Shown: positions 12,086 through 24,584 of the stretch, piece by piece
Numbering within the stretch: position 1 is the first letter of the stretch
Layout of the letters: each line of letters starts with the position of its first letter
From: Eledone cirrhosa
Taxonomy: Eukaryota
Assembly: GCA_964016885.1 (NCBI GenBank)
Contig: OZ024740.1
Span: 422,468,001 to 422,532,000 of the forward strand
Length of the DNA: 64,000 nt
Direction: 5' to 3'
Made by a program: the position numbers and the translations under genes
The notes under the pieces: generated by a model
Seen by the model: the letters and a program-made list of their open reading frames with translations, nothing else
Told to the model about the DNA's origin: nothing
Databases searched by the model: none

Positions 12086-13087
12086 TGGAAAGCATACAAA
12101 TGCGAAAAATATGTCGAAACACATTCGAAATGGCTCTCTCTAACGGCACCCATACTCCCTCGTAAATACCTAATTACAGAAATTGCAGGAGAACCAGAAG
12201 AAGAAACAAAACTCCGATGGGAACTTACATTGACAAAATTCAGAAACGACATCTCCATTTCTGAATGTAAACAATGCCGCTACAAAGCCAAATATGAAGC
12301 TATTGATGACCAAATTGAAGTTGAAATTTCAAAGCTAACGACTGGTGATATAGCTGAAAAACTACGAGCACTATGGATCAGAGATATCTCAAAAGAAGAA
12401 AACAAATCAAGAAAGGTATGGCAGCAGAAACAATTATTTCTCGACGAATATGCTGTAAATTACGGTAAAGACTCTGGAACCCTGAGAAAAAACATTAAAA
12501 GTGGACAATCTCATCAACACAACATACGCCAGAACACGTGCCAACACAACCACTCACCTTACCTTGAATCAAAGAAGAACTACGGTAATAACTCTTCGCT
12601 TTTTCTACAAAAACACCCTATCGCACACAACATGAACAAAAAGCACAAACACGATAGATATTCCTTTGACCAGACCATGAGAAGTAGTAAAACCAGGAGA
12701 TCATTCTCAAGATCTCAACAGAGACTACCAACAAGGAATGTGGAAACAAAACGTAGAATAACCAGATCACTCTCAAGATCTCAACAGAGATTGCCCACAA
12801 GAAACTGGACGAAAAAACAATCTAAACCTGAAAGCAAACCTAGGTCATTTCCCCAGATTGTTAAAAATAATGCTAACAGGAAGAAAAATAATATACAGAA
12901 TACCAAAAATAGGACAAAATACATAACGAAACCAAATATAATATCACGACCAAAAGTTCATCAAGCGAACACCAACAGGAATATAAATCCTGAACCGAGA
13001 AAAATCCATTTTTTAACGTCAGGACAACAAAAACCAGAAAAAGAAAAACTCCAGGAGGAAACATACCCAAAACAACTGTACACGTAG
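12086..13087 (+). CDS. PLE upstream ORF1 (helical/coiled-coil-like N-half, basic SR-rich C-half), 5'-truncated
   Basis: Open from 12086 ([30 protein letters not shown]...). Homologous by eye to the minus-strand ORF at 29012-30196. Contains [14 protein letters not shown] twice. Confidence 0.75.
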   Translation, partial: WKAYKCEKYVETHSKWLSLTAPILPRKYLITEIAGEPEEETKLRWELTLTKFRNDISISECKQCRYKAKYEAIDDQIEVEISKLTTGDIAEKLRALWIRDISKEENKSRKVWQQKQLFLDEYAVNYGKDSGTLRKNIKSGQSHQHNIRQNTCQHNHSPYLESKKNYGNNSSLFLQKHPIAHNMNKKHKHDRYSFDQTMRSSKTRRSFSRSQQRLPTRNVETKRRITRSLSRSQQRLPTRNWTKKQSKPESKPRSFPQIVKNNANRKKNNIQNTKNRTKYITKPNIISRPKVHQANTNRNINPEPRKIHFLTSGQQKPEKEKLQEETYPKQLYT

Positions 13088-15272
13088 ATCCTAAAATAAT
13101 TAATTTATCTAAAAGAGATCTTGACAATGATGAAATGCAAATTCTGTCAAAAGGACTGAAATTCACACCGACTCCAACAGTCAACCACCAAAAACTGAAG
13201 GAGGATACCCAAGAATTCTGTCGAAAATTACGTCTTGTAGAATTCTTCGCTGATAAAAGTAATGAGAGTGATGAATCACTAGTAAAGAATAAATCAAATT
13301 TCACTCCGCCAAAAGGAAGAAATATCTATCTCGACCAATACATTGACATCCTGTCTAAATTTCCTCTTAGACGTAATACTAATGTTAGGCCAAACATTAA
13401 CAAATCAGAAATGTCTGCACTTAAACGTATACAAACTGATAAAACAATAATAATTAAACAAGCAGATAAAGGGGGTGCAGTTGTTATAATGGATACTGAA
13501 TACTACAAGGATTTGGTTGAGGAACAACTGAAAGACACAACATTCTATCATGAAATACCGTCAAATATAGACCACAACATCATGACGAAGATCAACAACC
13601 TGGCTTCAAAATACCAAAACTCACTTACTGATAAGGAAAGAGACTACATCACCAATTTTGAGCCGAAACCCAGCAACCTGTATGGCCTGCCGAAAGTTCA
13701 TAAGTCAAAAGAAATACAACTGGCAGTAAGAGAACAAAACAGTGAGTACATTAAATTATTACACCCAAAAGACTTAAAACTTAGACCTATTATAGCTGGT
13801 CCAACATGCCCCACCCACCGTCTAAGCAATTTTGTTGACATTATTTTGAAACCACTATGTATTCACATACCCAGTTTCATCCGGGATGATATCGACTTCC
13901 TGTCCCATCTTCCCAAAACCAGGGAAACGAATTCACTTCTACTCAGTTTTGATGTGGTAAGCCTTTACACCAACATTACACATTATTTAGGAATAAAGGC
14001 GGTTAAATACTGGGTGGAAAAACAGAGAAGTGATTCCCATCAGATTCACAGCGCCATTTATATTAGACGCAGTTAAACTTATTCTGGAAAACAACACTTT
14101 CTTCTTCAATGGAAAGAATTACATCCAAATTAGAGGCACAGCGATGGGAACGAAGTTTGCTCCCGTTTACGCGAACTCTGTAATGGGATAATTAGAACAA
14201 CAACTCTACCAAGAAATAGAGGAAAAATATAGTACTGACTTTAGAAAGTACATTGAAAAATCTTGATACTCTGGATGAGTTCAATATCCTCCTGAATAAC
14301 CTACACCCATCTCTCCAATTCACAAAAGAGATGAGTAGGACCAAATTACCATTCCTAGATATAATGATAATCAAAAACGACACCACCATTACCACGGATA
14401 TATATTATAAACACACAGACACCCATCAATATCTGAATTTTAAGTCGTGCCATCCACCTCATACAAAACGCAACATCCCATACTGCCTAGCCAGAAGAAT
14501 TTGTACCATTGTAAAAGATACGAATACCAGGTACAAACGCCTGACAGAACTAAGAGAATTTTTGCTCAAACAAAAATACCCATCTCTACTTATAGAAAAT
14601 GGCATACAGCGGGCTATAAAAATACCTATACAACAACTTAGGACAACCCAAGGAAGAAGAAACCAAGAACTGGTCATACCATTTATAATGACACACAACC
14701 CATGTCACCAGAATATCTTCAACTCTGCCAAAGCAAACCTACCGATCATTGCTCAAAGTAATGAATTAAAAGGCTTAATCACAGATCGATCTTTGACTCT
14801 TAGTAAAAGACAGCCAAAAAATTTGAAGCAATTACTAACAAAAGCAAAGTTTGACCTTAACAACAAAGACCAATCATTCACTGTATCTAAATGCAATGAT
14901 AGTCGATGCGGCACATGTCAATCCATACACGCCGGTCAATATATGAAAACAAAAACTGGAAAAATATTCCCAAATGCAAATATGAACTGCAAAAGCAAAA
15001 ATCTAATTTACTGCATTAAATGCCCGAATTGTGAAGAACTATATGTCGGTCAAACTGGAAATGCACTATCGGAACGTGCACGGGTACACCGTCAACAAAT
15101 CAGAGACCCAAATGTCCGTCAGATACCCCTAAGTAACCATCTAGCAACATGTGGTCAGGGAATATTTATAATATTCCCATTCTACAAATTACACAGCCCA
15201 AGTGAAATCAAGAGAAAAATCAAAGAAAAGAATTTTATTGATAAATTGAAACCCAAGCTAAATGAACAATAA
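13009..15272 (+). pseudogene. PLE RT-GIY-YIG ORF2 (-1 frame relative to ORF1), disrupted
   Basis: IINLS...LSKGLKFTPTP, ADKGGAVV, YGLPKVHK, LRPIIAG, FDVVSLYTNI, GTAMGT, LPFLD, CNDSRCGTC, NLIYCIKC..LYVGQT, KPKLN. Frameshift near 14020; the YxDD segment is deleted near 14258. Confidence 0.88.
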
Positions 15273-15455
15273 TAACGCTTAGGGGTATTACTTCTACTAT
15301 CACTATGACTACGACCACTAACAACAACAACAACAACAACAATAATAATAATAATAATAAAAGTGATGTTGATGGTGATGATTAATAGAAAATGCTATTT
15401 TCATCATTTCTAAAAATAGCAAAACAATTGATGCTTTGGATATGATTAATTATTG

Positions 15456-18400
15456 ATTTCTTTATTAGCCACAAGGGCGCAACAAGAAAGGGGACAATAC
15501 AAAGACATGCCGGGGATTTTACATACAGTCGTGTAAAAAATATAAAAACAAACAATTTCAACAATCGAAATCCCCAATAGGGGGGAGGCGCCACAAATGG
15601 GTTGTTTAATACCCCGTCGATAGAACAACCCTCAACTCAAGGAGCGTGTTGTGCAAGTGCTCCTTTCTTCCTTTTGCTCTCTTCCTCAACCTACAGGCTT
15701 ATAAACAGAGAAGGCCCAATCACTCGGGCCATTTTCGCTTCATTCACCCACCTTTCAGTAAATTTACTGGGGTGCAGTGCCTCTCTCTCCACCCTGATTC
15801 TCCTTCTAAAGTGATACTTAAAGAAGGGAATCAATTGTTGTCCGGAGAGAAAGGCATCTGTCCTCAGTCCTCTCAACCTCGTCCACCATATAACTTCTTT
15901 CACCATAGCCACCGTACAGAGGAAAACCGCCTCTCTTTCGTTTTTGAAAGAGTCTGGCGGTTTGATCCTTACTATGGATTCGGCAGTCAACTGTATTTGT
16001 CCCATACGCGACAGCAGTTGTTCTGCATAGTTCCACAGGTCGCTTACGCCCGGGCAGTGTACAATTGCGTGCAGAACTGTTTCAATGTCCTGCGCACATC
16101 TTGGACACGTCCTCTTGGAAGGATCCCTGCCAGGGCGTCCGTGCCTGTAGATCTTGTCACGAACCGGTAGAGCTCCTCGGTAGCACTGCCAGGCCAGGGA
16201 CCTCTGGAAGTTGTCCATAGGTCCCGGGCGGAAAGTCCTACCAAACATACTGGTGAGCTCATCGTCTTCGACGCCCAGAGTCTCTCCGAGCACGTCGTCG
16301 CCCTTGTAACGTACAATCCCTCTATAGAATGTCGAAGTGGAGTATCCACTGATTGCTGCGCCCGCTTGCCAGAGGACTGTGAGCGCCTGAGCGCATTCAA
16401 TGTGCCAGGCGCCCATCGTTTTCGGTCTTTTCTTCACCCAGGACTGCAGCTCCGTTAGCGAGACGAGCTGTGGGAAAGCCTGTCTCACAAACGGTGCCCA
16501 CACCGGTTGGGGGTCGGTGAGGAATACCTGGAGATGCCGCAGCCTCAGCGCATGTTTGCGCATCATCAGCCACGGCATTCCCAGCCCTCCGTTGGAAGGG
16601 TGCTGACAGCAGACGGATCTCCTCACCAGCGGAGCCTGCTTCTTCCACAGAAACTGGAAGAGCATGCGTTCCATCTTGGCGAGGTGTTCACGGGGACAAG
16701 GCACGACAGTCAAGCGGTAGTAGATGACGGACGCTATGAAAGTGTTCGCCACCTCCGCTCGACCTTTCAAGGACAGTTTGCACTCTGCCCACTTCTGAGT
16801 GAGTGCAAACACCTTGGCCGTGACCTCGTTCCAGTTTTTCTCCACCTGGAGGTCTGGACCGAACCAGACCCCGAGCAATTTCACCGGTCCGTCCGTCCAG
16901 CGTCCAACGACGCTGTCGGATGTCATCGGTTTGCCTCTCCACGTACCGAGTTGCAAACCGACAGACTTGTCTGGGTTTAGTTTTGCTCCCGTCAGCGTTT
17001 CGTATTCTTTCAGTATGTTGCCGATCACCCCGATTTCCGAGGTGCTCGACACCATTACTGTCACGTCGTCGGCATAAGCCGACGCCGCTTTGCGCAGTCC
17101 CGGTTCTAGGGGGATGCCCTGCAACAGCTCCAATTTCCGCAGTAGTGGCTCTAGAGTCAATACATACAGAATGGAGGAGAGAGGGCATCCCTGTCGAATG
17201 GAACGCGTGATTGCGAACGGCTCCGATAGGTAGCCGTTCACCTTGACCCTCGAGCAGATGCTGGTGTGCATCGCCTCGATCCATCCTCTGAACACGGGAC
17301 CGAAACCGGCCGCCTTGAGAACCGCTTCCAAGTATCGATGGTCGACCCTATCGAATGCCTTAGACTGATCCAAGTTGATCAGAGCCCCACCGAAGCCGGG
17401 TTTACTACCCACCCTCTCTATGATGTATCGCATGAGGTGGAGGTTGTCGTGTATGGACCTGGTTGGGATTGCACACGTTTGCGCTTTCCCTACCAGGTTC
17501 TCGACGACAAGCGCCAACCTCGTCGCTAGCACCTTGGCCAAAATCTTTAACTCTGTGTTGAGCAGAGTTATGGGCCTGAAGTTGTTAATTTCGTCCCCCT
17601 TGTTCTCGTCTTTCCTGATCAGCGTTACTACGCCCTTGCCTGCAGAACTGGGAATTCTCCCGTTCTGCTGCCAATTGCAGCAGACGGCTTCGAGGACGCC
17701 AGAGAACAAGTCCGGCATGCCTATGTAAAATTCGTAGGGTAGACCATCTAGACCGGGTGACTTGCGTTTCCCGCAGCGGCCCAGAGCGTCCCGTATTTCA
17801 GTGTCCGTGATCGGTCTTTCGCAGAACTCGGCGTCCGTGTTCGAGAGACGCGGCAGGCCGTCGAGGTATGAACTAAAGTCCATTGCCCCGTTCGGCTCAC
17901 CGTCGTTCTGCTCAAACAGTCGCGCAAAGTGCCGCTGAAAGGCCGCGCACATTTGCTTGGGGTCAAGTAGCACGCGTCCGTTTTGGTCTTTCAAAGACCG
18001 AATCGTGAACTTGTTGCCACTTTTTGCCTCCGCCACTCGGGCCCAGCTGACAGCTTTCGCTCCTTCGTTTCCTAGAGCACGTGTTTTGCTTCTGACCACG
18101 CAGCCTTCGTGTTTCGCATCGAAGAACTGGTCCAGTGCCGTTCTCGACGCTAACACTCTAGCCGCGTTGCCACTTCTAAGTGCCTCCTCTACCTTGGCTA
18201 CTAGTTCTCTTTCTATTCTGTTTTTCTCTAAGGCTAACTCTCTGCTATACCCTATCGATTCTATTCTAATTGCTTTCTTGAGAGAGTACCACCATCTATT
18301 GTTGACGATGGCTCCCGTTAACTGTTGCTTGACTAGTTTACTTATCCGTTCACTGTAAGCTTTACGTGCCGGCAACGACACATTCAGCTTCCAGTATCCG

Positions 18401-18530
18401 GGACCCTGTCTATGTATTCTATCACGGTTGACTAAGCAGACGACTAACTTGTGATCTGAATAGGCAACCATGTGCATTCGTGGACAGCTTAACATATCCT
18501 TGTCCCTTTCTCTAATGAAGAACCTATCTA
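15456..18530 (-). mobile_element. Tx1/L1-clade LINE, 5'-truncated, with 17-bp target-site duplication
   Basis: TSD GATATGATTAATTATTG at 15439-15455 and 18531-18547. AATAAA just inside the 3' end. GC-rich relative to flanks. Confidence 0.92.
15691..18495 (-). CDS. Tx1-like ORF2 (APE C-terminus, RT, CCHC-type C-terminal finger), uninterrupted 934 aa
   Basis: YSDHKLV, GPGYWKLN, KSPGLDGLPYEFY, NFRPITLLNTELKILAK, LDQSKAFDRVDH, RQGCPLS, AYADDVT, GGLGMP, CPRC..ETVLHAIVHC. Confidence 0.92.
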   Translation of the reverse strand: MLSCPRMHMVAYSDHKLVVCLVNRDRIHRQGPGYWKLNVSLPARKAYSERISKLVKQQLTGAIVNNRWWYSLKKAIRIESIGYSRELALEKNRIERELVAKVEEALRSGNAARVLASRTALDQFFDAKHEGCVVRSKTRALGNEGAKAVSWARVAEAKSGNKFTIRSLKDQNGRVLLDPKQMCAAFQRHFARLFEQNDGEPNGAMDFSSYLDGLPRLSNTDAEFCERPITDTEIRDALGRCGKRKSPGLDGLPYEFYIGMPDLFSGVLEAVCCNWQQNGRIPSSAGKGVVTLIRKDENKGDEINNFRPITLLNTELKILAKVLATRLALVVENLVGKAQTCAIPTRSIHDNLHLMRYIIERVGSKPGFGGALINLDQSKAFDRVDHRYLEAVLKAAGFGPVFRGWIEAMHTSICSRVKVNGYLSEPFAITRSIRQGCPLSSILYVLTLEPLLRKLELLQGIPLEPGLRKAASAYADDVTVMVSSTSEIGVIGNILKEYETLTGAKLNPDKSVGLQLGTWRGKPMTSDSVVGRWTDGPVKLLGVWFGPDLQVEKNWNEVTAKVFALTQKWAECKLSLKGRAEVANTFIASVIYYRLTVVPCPREHLAKMERMLFQFLWKKQAPLVRRSVCCQHPSNGGLGMPWLMMRKHALRLRHLQVFLTDPQPVWAPFVRQAFPQLVSLTELQSWVKKRPKTMGAWHIECAQALTVLWQAGAAISGYSTSTFYRGIVRYKGDDVLGETLGVEDDELTSMFGRTFRPGPMDNFQRSLAWQCYRGALPVRDKIYRHGRPGRDPSKRTCPRCAQDIETVLHAIVHCPGVSDLWNYAEQLLSRMGQIQLTAESIVRIKPPDSFKNEREAVFLCTVAMVKEVIWWTRLRGLRTDAFLSGQQLIPFFKYHFRRRIRVEREALHPSKFTERWVNEAKMARVIGPSLFISL

Positions 18531-18750
18531 GATATGATTAATTATTGGTCGTTAGACATGCTCAACCAGCAGTGACGCTTAAACCAATCAGCTTTAGTAA
18601 TTCAGTGAAACTACACAGATTGGTCGAAATACAGTTTGCAGGGCTTAGCATTCTGGAGCCACTTTTCCCTGTATAAAATGTATAAAAGGTAGGAAATTTA
18701 CCCATCTTATTATAGTTGAAAATTGCAAACTTGACTGTCACCACATATTA

Positions 18751-18789
18751 TGAACCTGAAGATTGCGAAAGCATGAAAGTACTTGTTCA
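18751..18789 (+). ncRNA. Minimal type I hammerhead ribozyme of the Neptune-like PLE
   Basis: TGAAC-CTGAAGA-T-TGC gaaa GCA-T-GAA-AG ta CT-T-GTTCA. Canonical CUGANGA/GAAA core and a palindromic stem III (AAGTACTT), typical of dimer-forming PLE hammerheads. Confidence 0.85.
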
Positions 18790-18949
18790 ATTAACACTTA
18801 GGATTTAATATTCTATCATACTATTTCATTATAATACCATTATAAATTTTAAAGGATTGTAAATAAAACGAGTAAATCAGACAAAGTTGGAATTCCTCTT
18901 ATTAATATAATCTTCTATACACAATCATACACACCCGTGTATATTTACC

Positions 18950-20635
<1,686 letters not shown>

Positions 20636-20995
20636 CTGCGTGCAGGAGAGGCGGTTACGCTGGTATGGAGATGTGATGCGTATGAAGGATGACAGCTGCA
20701 TAAAAAGGTGCAGAGCACTAGAAGTTGATGGAAACCGCGGAGTGGGCAGACCCAAGATGACTTGGGATGAGGTGATAAAAGCCGACCTTACCCAACTACA
20801 CCTCTCAAAGTCAATGACACACGACCGTGACTTCTGGCGTCACGCAGTAATACAGGGTACCCGACCTCCCATGGGTACATGCTGAAGCATATAAACAATA
20901 TGCCCCCCCCCCCCCCACCGCAAGGTGGTCGTGGAGGTGCCACGGCAAAAAGGCACCCAGCCCACACTGTAAAGTGGACGTGTAGGCGCCACGAA
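20636..20995 (+). mobile_element. RTE family B short fragment (RT C-terminus and partial 3' UTR, no tail)
   Basis: [13 protein letters not shown]...GTRPPMGTC*; ends at GCCACGAAA then (TA)n. Confidence 0.9.
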
Positions 20996-21133
20996 ATATA
21001 TATATATATATACATATATACATATATATATATATATACATATATACATATATATATATATACATATATACATATATATATATATACATATATACATATA
21101 TATACATATATATATATACATATATATATATAC

Positions 21134-21212
<79 letters not shown>

Positions 21213-21225
21213 CATATATATATAC

Positions 21226-21274
<49 letters not shown>

Positions 21275-21613
21275 CATATATACATATATATATATATACA
21301 TATATATATATACATATATATATACATATATACATATATATATATATATACATATATACATATATATATATATACATATATACATATATATATATATACA
21401 TATATACATATATATATATATACATATATACATATATATATACATATACATATATATATATACATATACATATATACATATATATATACATATACATATA
21501 TATATATATACATATATATATATACATATATATATATATACATATATATATATACATATATATATATACATATATATATATACATATATATATATATACA
21601 TATATATATATAC

Positions 21614-21644
<31 letters not shown>

Positions 21645-21675
21645 CATATATATATATACATATATATATATATAC

Positions 21676-21720
<45 letters not shown>

Positions 21721-21765
21721 CATATATATATATACATATATATATATATACATATATATATATAC

Positions 21766-21812
<47 letters not shown>

Positions 21813-21841
21813 CATATATATATACATACATATATATATAC

Positions 21842-21872
<31 letters not shown>

Positions 21873-21885
21873 CATATATATATAC

Positions 21886-21974
<89 letters not shown>

Positions 21975-22043
21975 CATATATATATACATATATATATATA
22001 TACATATATATATACATATATATATATATACATATATATATAC

Positions 22044-22108
<65 letters not shown>

Positions 22109-22129
22109 CATATATACATATATATATAC

Positions 22130-22162
<33 letters not shown>

Positions 22163-22183
22163 CATATATACATATATATATAC

Positions 22184-22214
<31 letters not shown>

Positions 22215-22262
22215 CATATAAATATATATATACATATAAATATATATATACATATATATATA
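20996..22262. repeat. Interrupted (TA)n array, C-interrupted on + strand
   Basis: Unit pattern resembles 18950-20635, consistent with a ~1.6-kb tandem duplication. Confidence 0.95.
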
Positions 22263-22813
22263 CTGCGTGCAGGAGAGGCGGTTACGCTGGTATGGAGATG
22301 TGATGCGTATGAAGGATGACAGCTGCATAAAAAGGTGCAGAGCACTAGAAGTTGATGGAAACCGCGGAGTGGGGAGACCCAAGATGACTTGGGATGAGGT
22401 GATAAAAGCCGACCTTACCCAACTACACCTCTCAAAGTCAATGACACACGACCGTGACTTCTGGCGTCACGCAGTAATACAGGGTACCCGACCTCCCATG
22501 GGTACATGCTGAAGCATATAAACAATATGCCCCCCCCCCCCCCACCGCAAGGTGGTCGTGGAGGTGCCACGGCAAAAAGGCACCCAGCCCACACTGTAAA
22601 GTGGACGTGTAGGCGCCACGAAAAAGCACCCAGCACTCACTGTAAATGAGGTTGGTGTTAGGAAGGGCATCCAGCTGTAGAAATCAAGCCAGATCAGTTC
22701 CTGTATGAGCAAGGCATGGTCAGCCGACCAGACACTGCCCACAACAGGACAACCCGTCTAACCCATGCTAGCGTGGAAGAACGGACGTAAAACGGTGATG
22801 ATGATGATGATGA
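22263..22813 (+). mobile_element. RTE family B 3' fragment with (GAT)n tail
   Basis: Same 5' junction as 20636; complete 3' UTR ending AAAACGGTGATGATGAT. Confidence 0.92.
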
Positions 22814-22829
22814 TACATATATATATATA

Positions 22830-23651
22830 TATCATCATCATCATCATCACCGTATTACGTCCGTTCTTCCACGCTAGCATGGGTTAGACGGGTTGTCCTG
22901 TTGTGGGCAGTGTCTGGTCGGCTGACCATGCCTTGCTCATATAGGAACTGATCTGGCTTGATTTCTACAGCTGGATGCCCTTCCTAACACCAACCTCATT
23001 TACAGTGAGTGCTGGGTGCTTTTTCGTGGCGCCTACACATCCACTTTACAGTGTGGGCTGGGTGCTTTTTTGCCGTGGCACCTCCACGACCACCTTGCGG
23101 TGGGGGGGGGGGGGGGCATATTGTTTATATGCTTCAGCATGTACCCATGGGAGGTCGGGTACCCTGTATTACTGCGTGACGCCAGAAGTCACGGTCGTGT
23201 GTCATTGACTTTGAGAGGTGTAGTTGGGTAAGGTCGGCTTTTATCACCTCATCCCAAGTCATCTTGGGTCTCCCCACTCCGCGGTTTCCATCAACTTCTA
23301 GTGCTCTGCACCTTTTTATGCAGCTGTCATCCTTCATACGCATCACATCTCCATACCAGCGTAACCGCCTCTCCTGCACGCAGCATTTGATTCCTCTTTT
23401 GCTCAGTCTCTCTCTCAATTCCTTTATGCTTTGTCGTTCACGTATATTACTGTTACACATCCATCGGAGCATGCAGGCTTCGTTTCTCTCTAATCTACGT
23501 AAGTCTTCCACCTTCAGCGCCCAGGTCTCACTACCATGCAACATCGCTGTTCGGATACACGCATCATACAGTCTGCCTTTCATTCTGAGGGAGAAGCCTT
23601 TTGCAGCTAGCAGTGGTAGTAGTTCCCTAAACTTCTTCCATCCCGTTCTTA
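22830..23651 (-). mobile_element. RTE family B 5'-truncated copy, tail-to-tail with 22263-22813
   Basis: [14 protein letters not shown]...GTRPPMGTC*; (ATC)n tail at 22830. Confidence 0.92.
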
Positions 23652-23654
23652 TAC

Positions 23655-23703
<49 letters not shown>

Positions 23704-24415
23704 CATATATATATACATATATATATACATATATACATATATATATACATATATACATATATATATACATATATACATATATATATACATATATATATAC
23801 ATATATATATACATATATATATACATATATGGTGGCTGCCAACTCGTTTTCGAGTACGGCCACTACTTTATATGCATGTAGGAGAACCCCTACCGATGCG
23901 CTGAACGAGTGTGACTTTTTAGTCCAGCCAGCGACTTGAAAACTCTGGTACAAACACTACACTTGTGACAATTACTGACACATAGTGCTGGGCCCATGGT
24001 ACCATGTGACGACAAGTGCAGAGAGATCTCCAGATATAAAGCAATGCCTGTGCCGTGAAGCTTTTATAGTGAGCAAAGGCACTGCACAAAGCCAGTCCCA
24101 CTCTCTTAACCAAGATGATATTTACCAAAAAGAAGAACAAGTCAACATCATTGGATACCATCAGGGTTGCAGGTGTTATATCAGAGTTTTCCTTCTCCTA
24201 GAATTCTGCCTTGACAAAGGCTAAGGGGTCATCTCTCCCGGTGATTTTGGATGGCCATTGACTCTTAAGAGCTCCTTTGCCCTTTGACAGGTTTTGTTTT
24301 TAGTCCTGCAGGATGTCCAAAGTCACCCTATATACATATATATATATATATATACATATATATATACATATATATATATACATATATATACATATATATA
24401 TATACATATATATAC

Positions 24416-24484
<69 letters not shown>

Positions 24485-24584
24485 CATATATATACATATA
24501 TATATACATATATATATACATATATATATATACATATATATATACATATATATATATACATATATATATACATATAAATACATA

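Larger units (their letters stand above)
12086..18936 (+). mobile_element. Penelope-like element, Neptune-like, 5'-truncated; 3' UTR split by a Tx1 insertion
   Basis: ORF1, RT and a Cys-rich linker/GIY-YIG at 12086-15272. The 3' UTR resumes after the Tx1 TSD at 18548 and carries a hammerhead at 18751. Confidence 0.87.

Noticed and set aside
15602-18358. Plus-strand ORFs overlapping the Tx1 element, and similar antisense ORFs over RTE copies
   Set aside because: Shadow frames of the retroelement coding sequence with no independent motifs.
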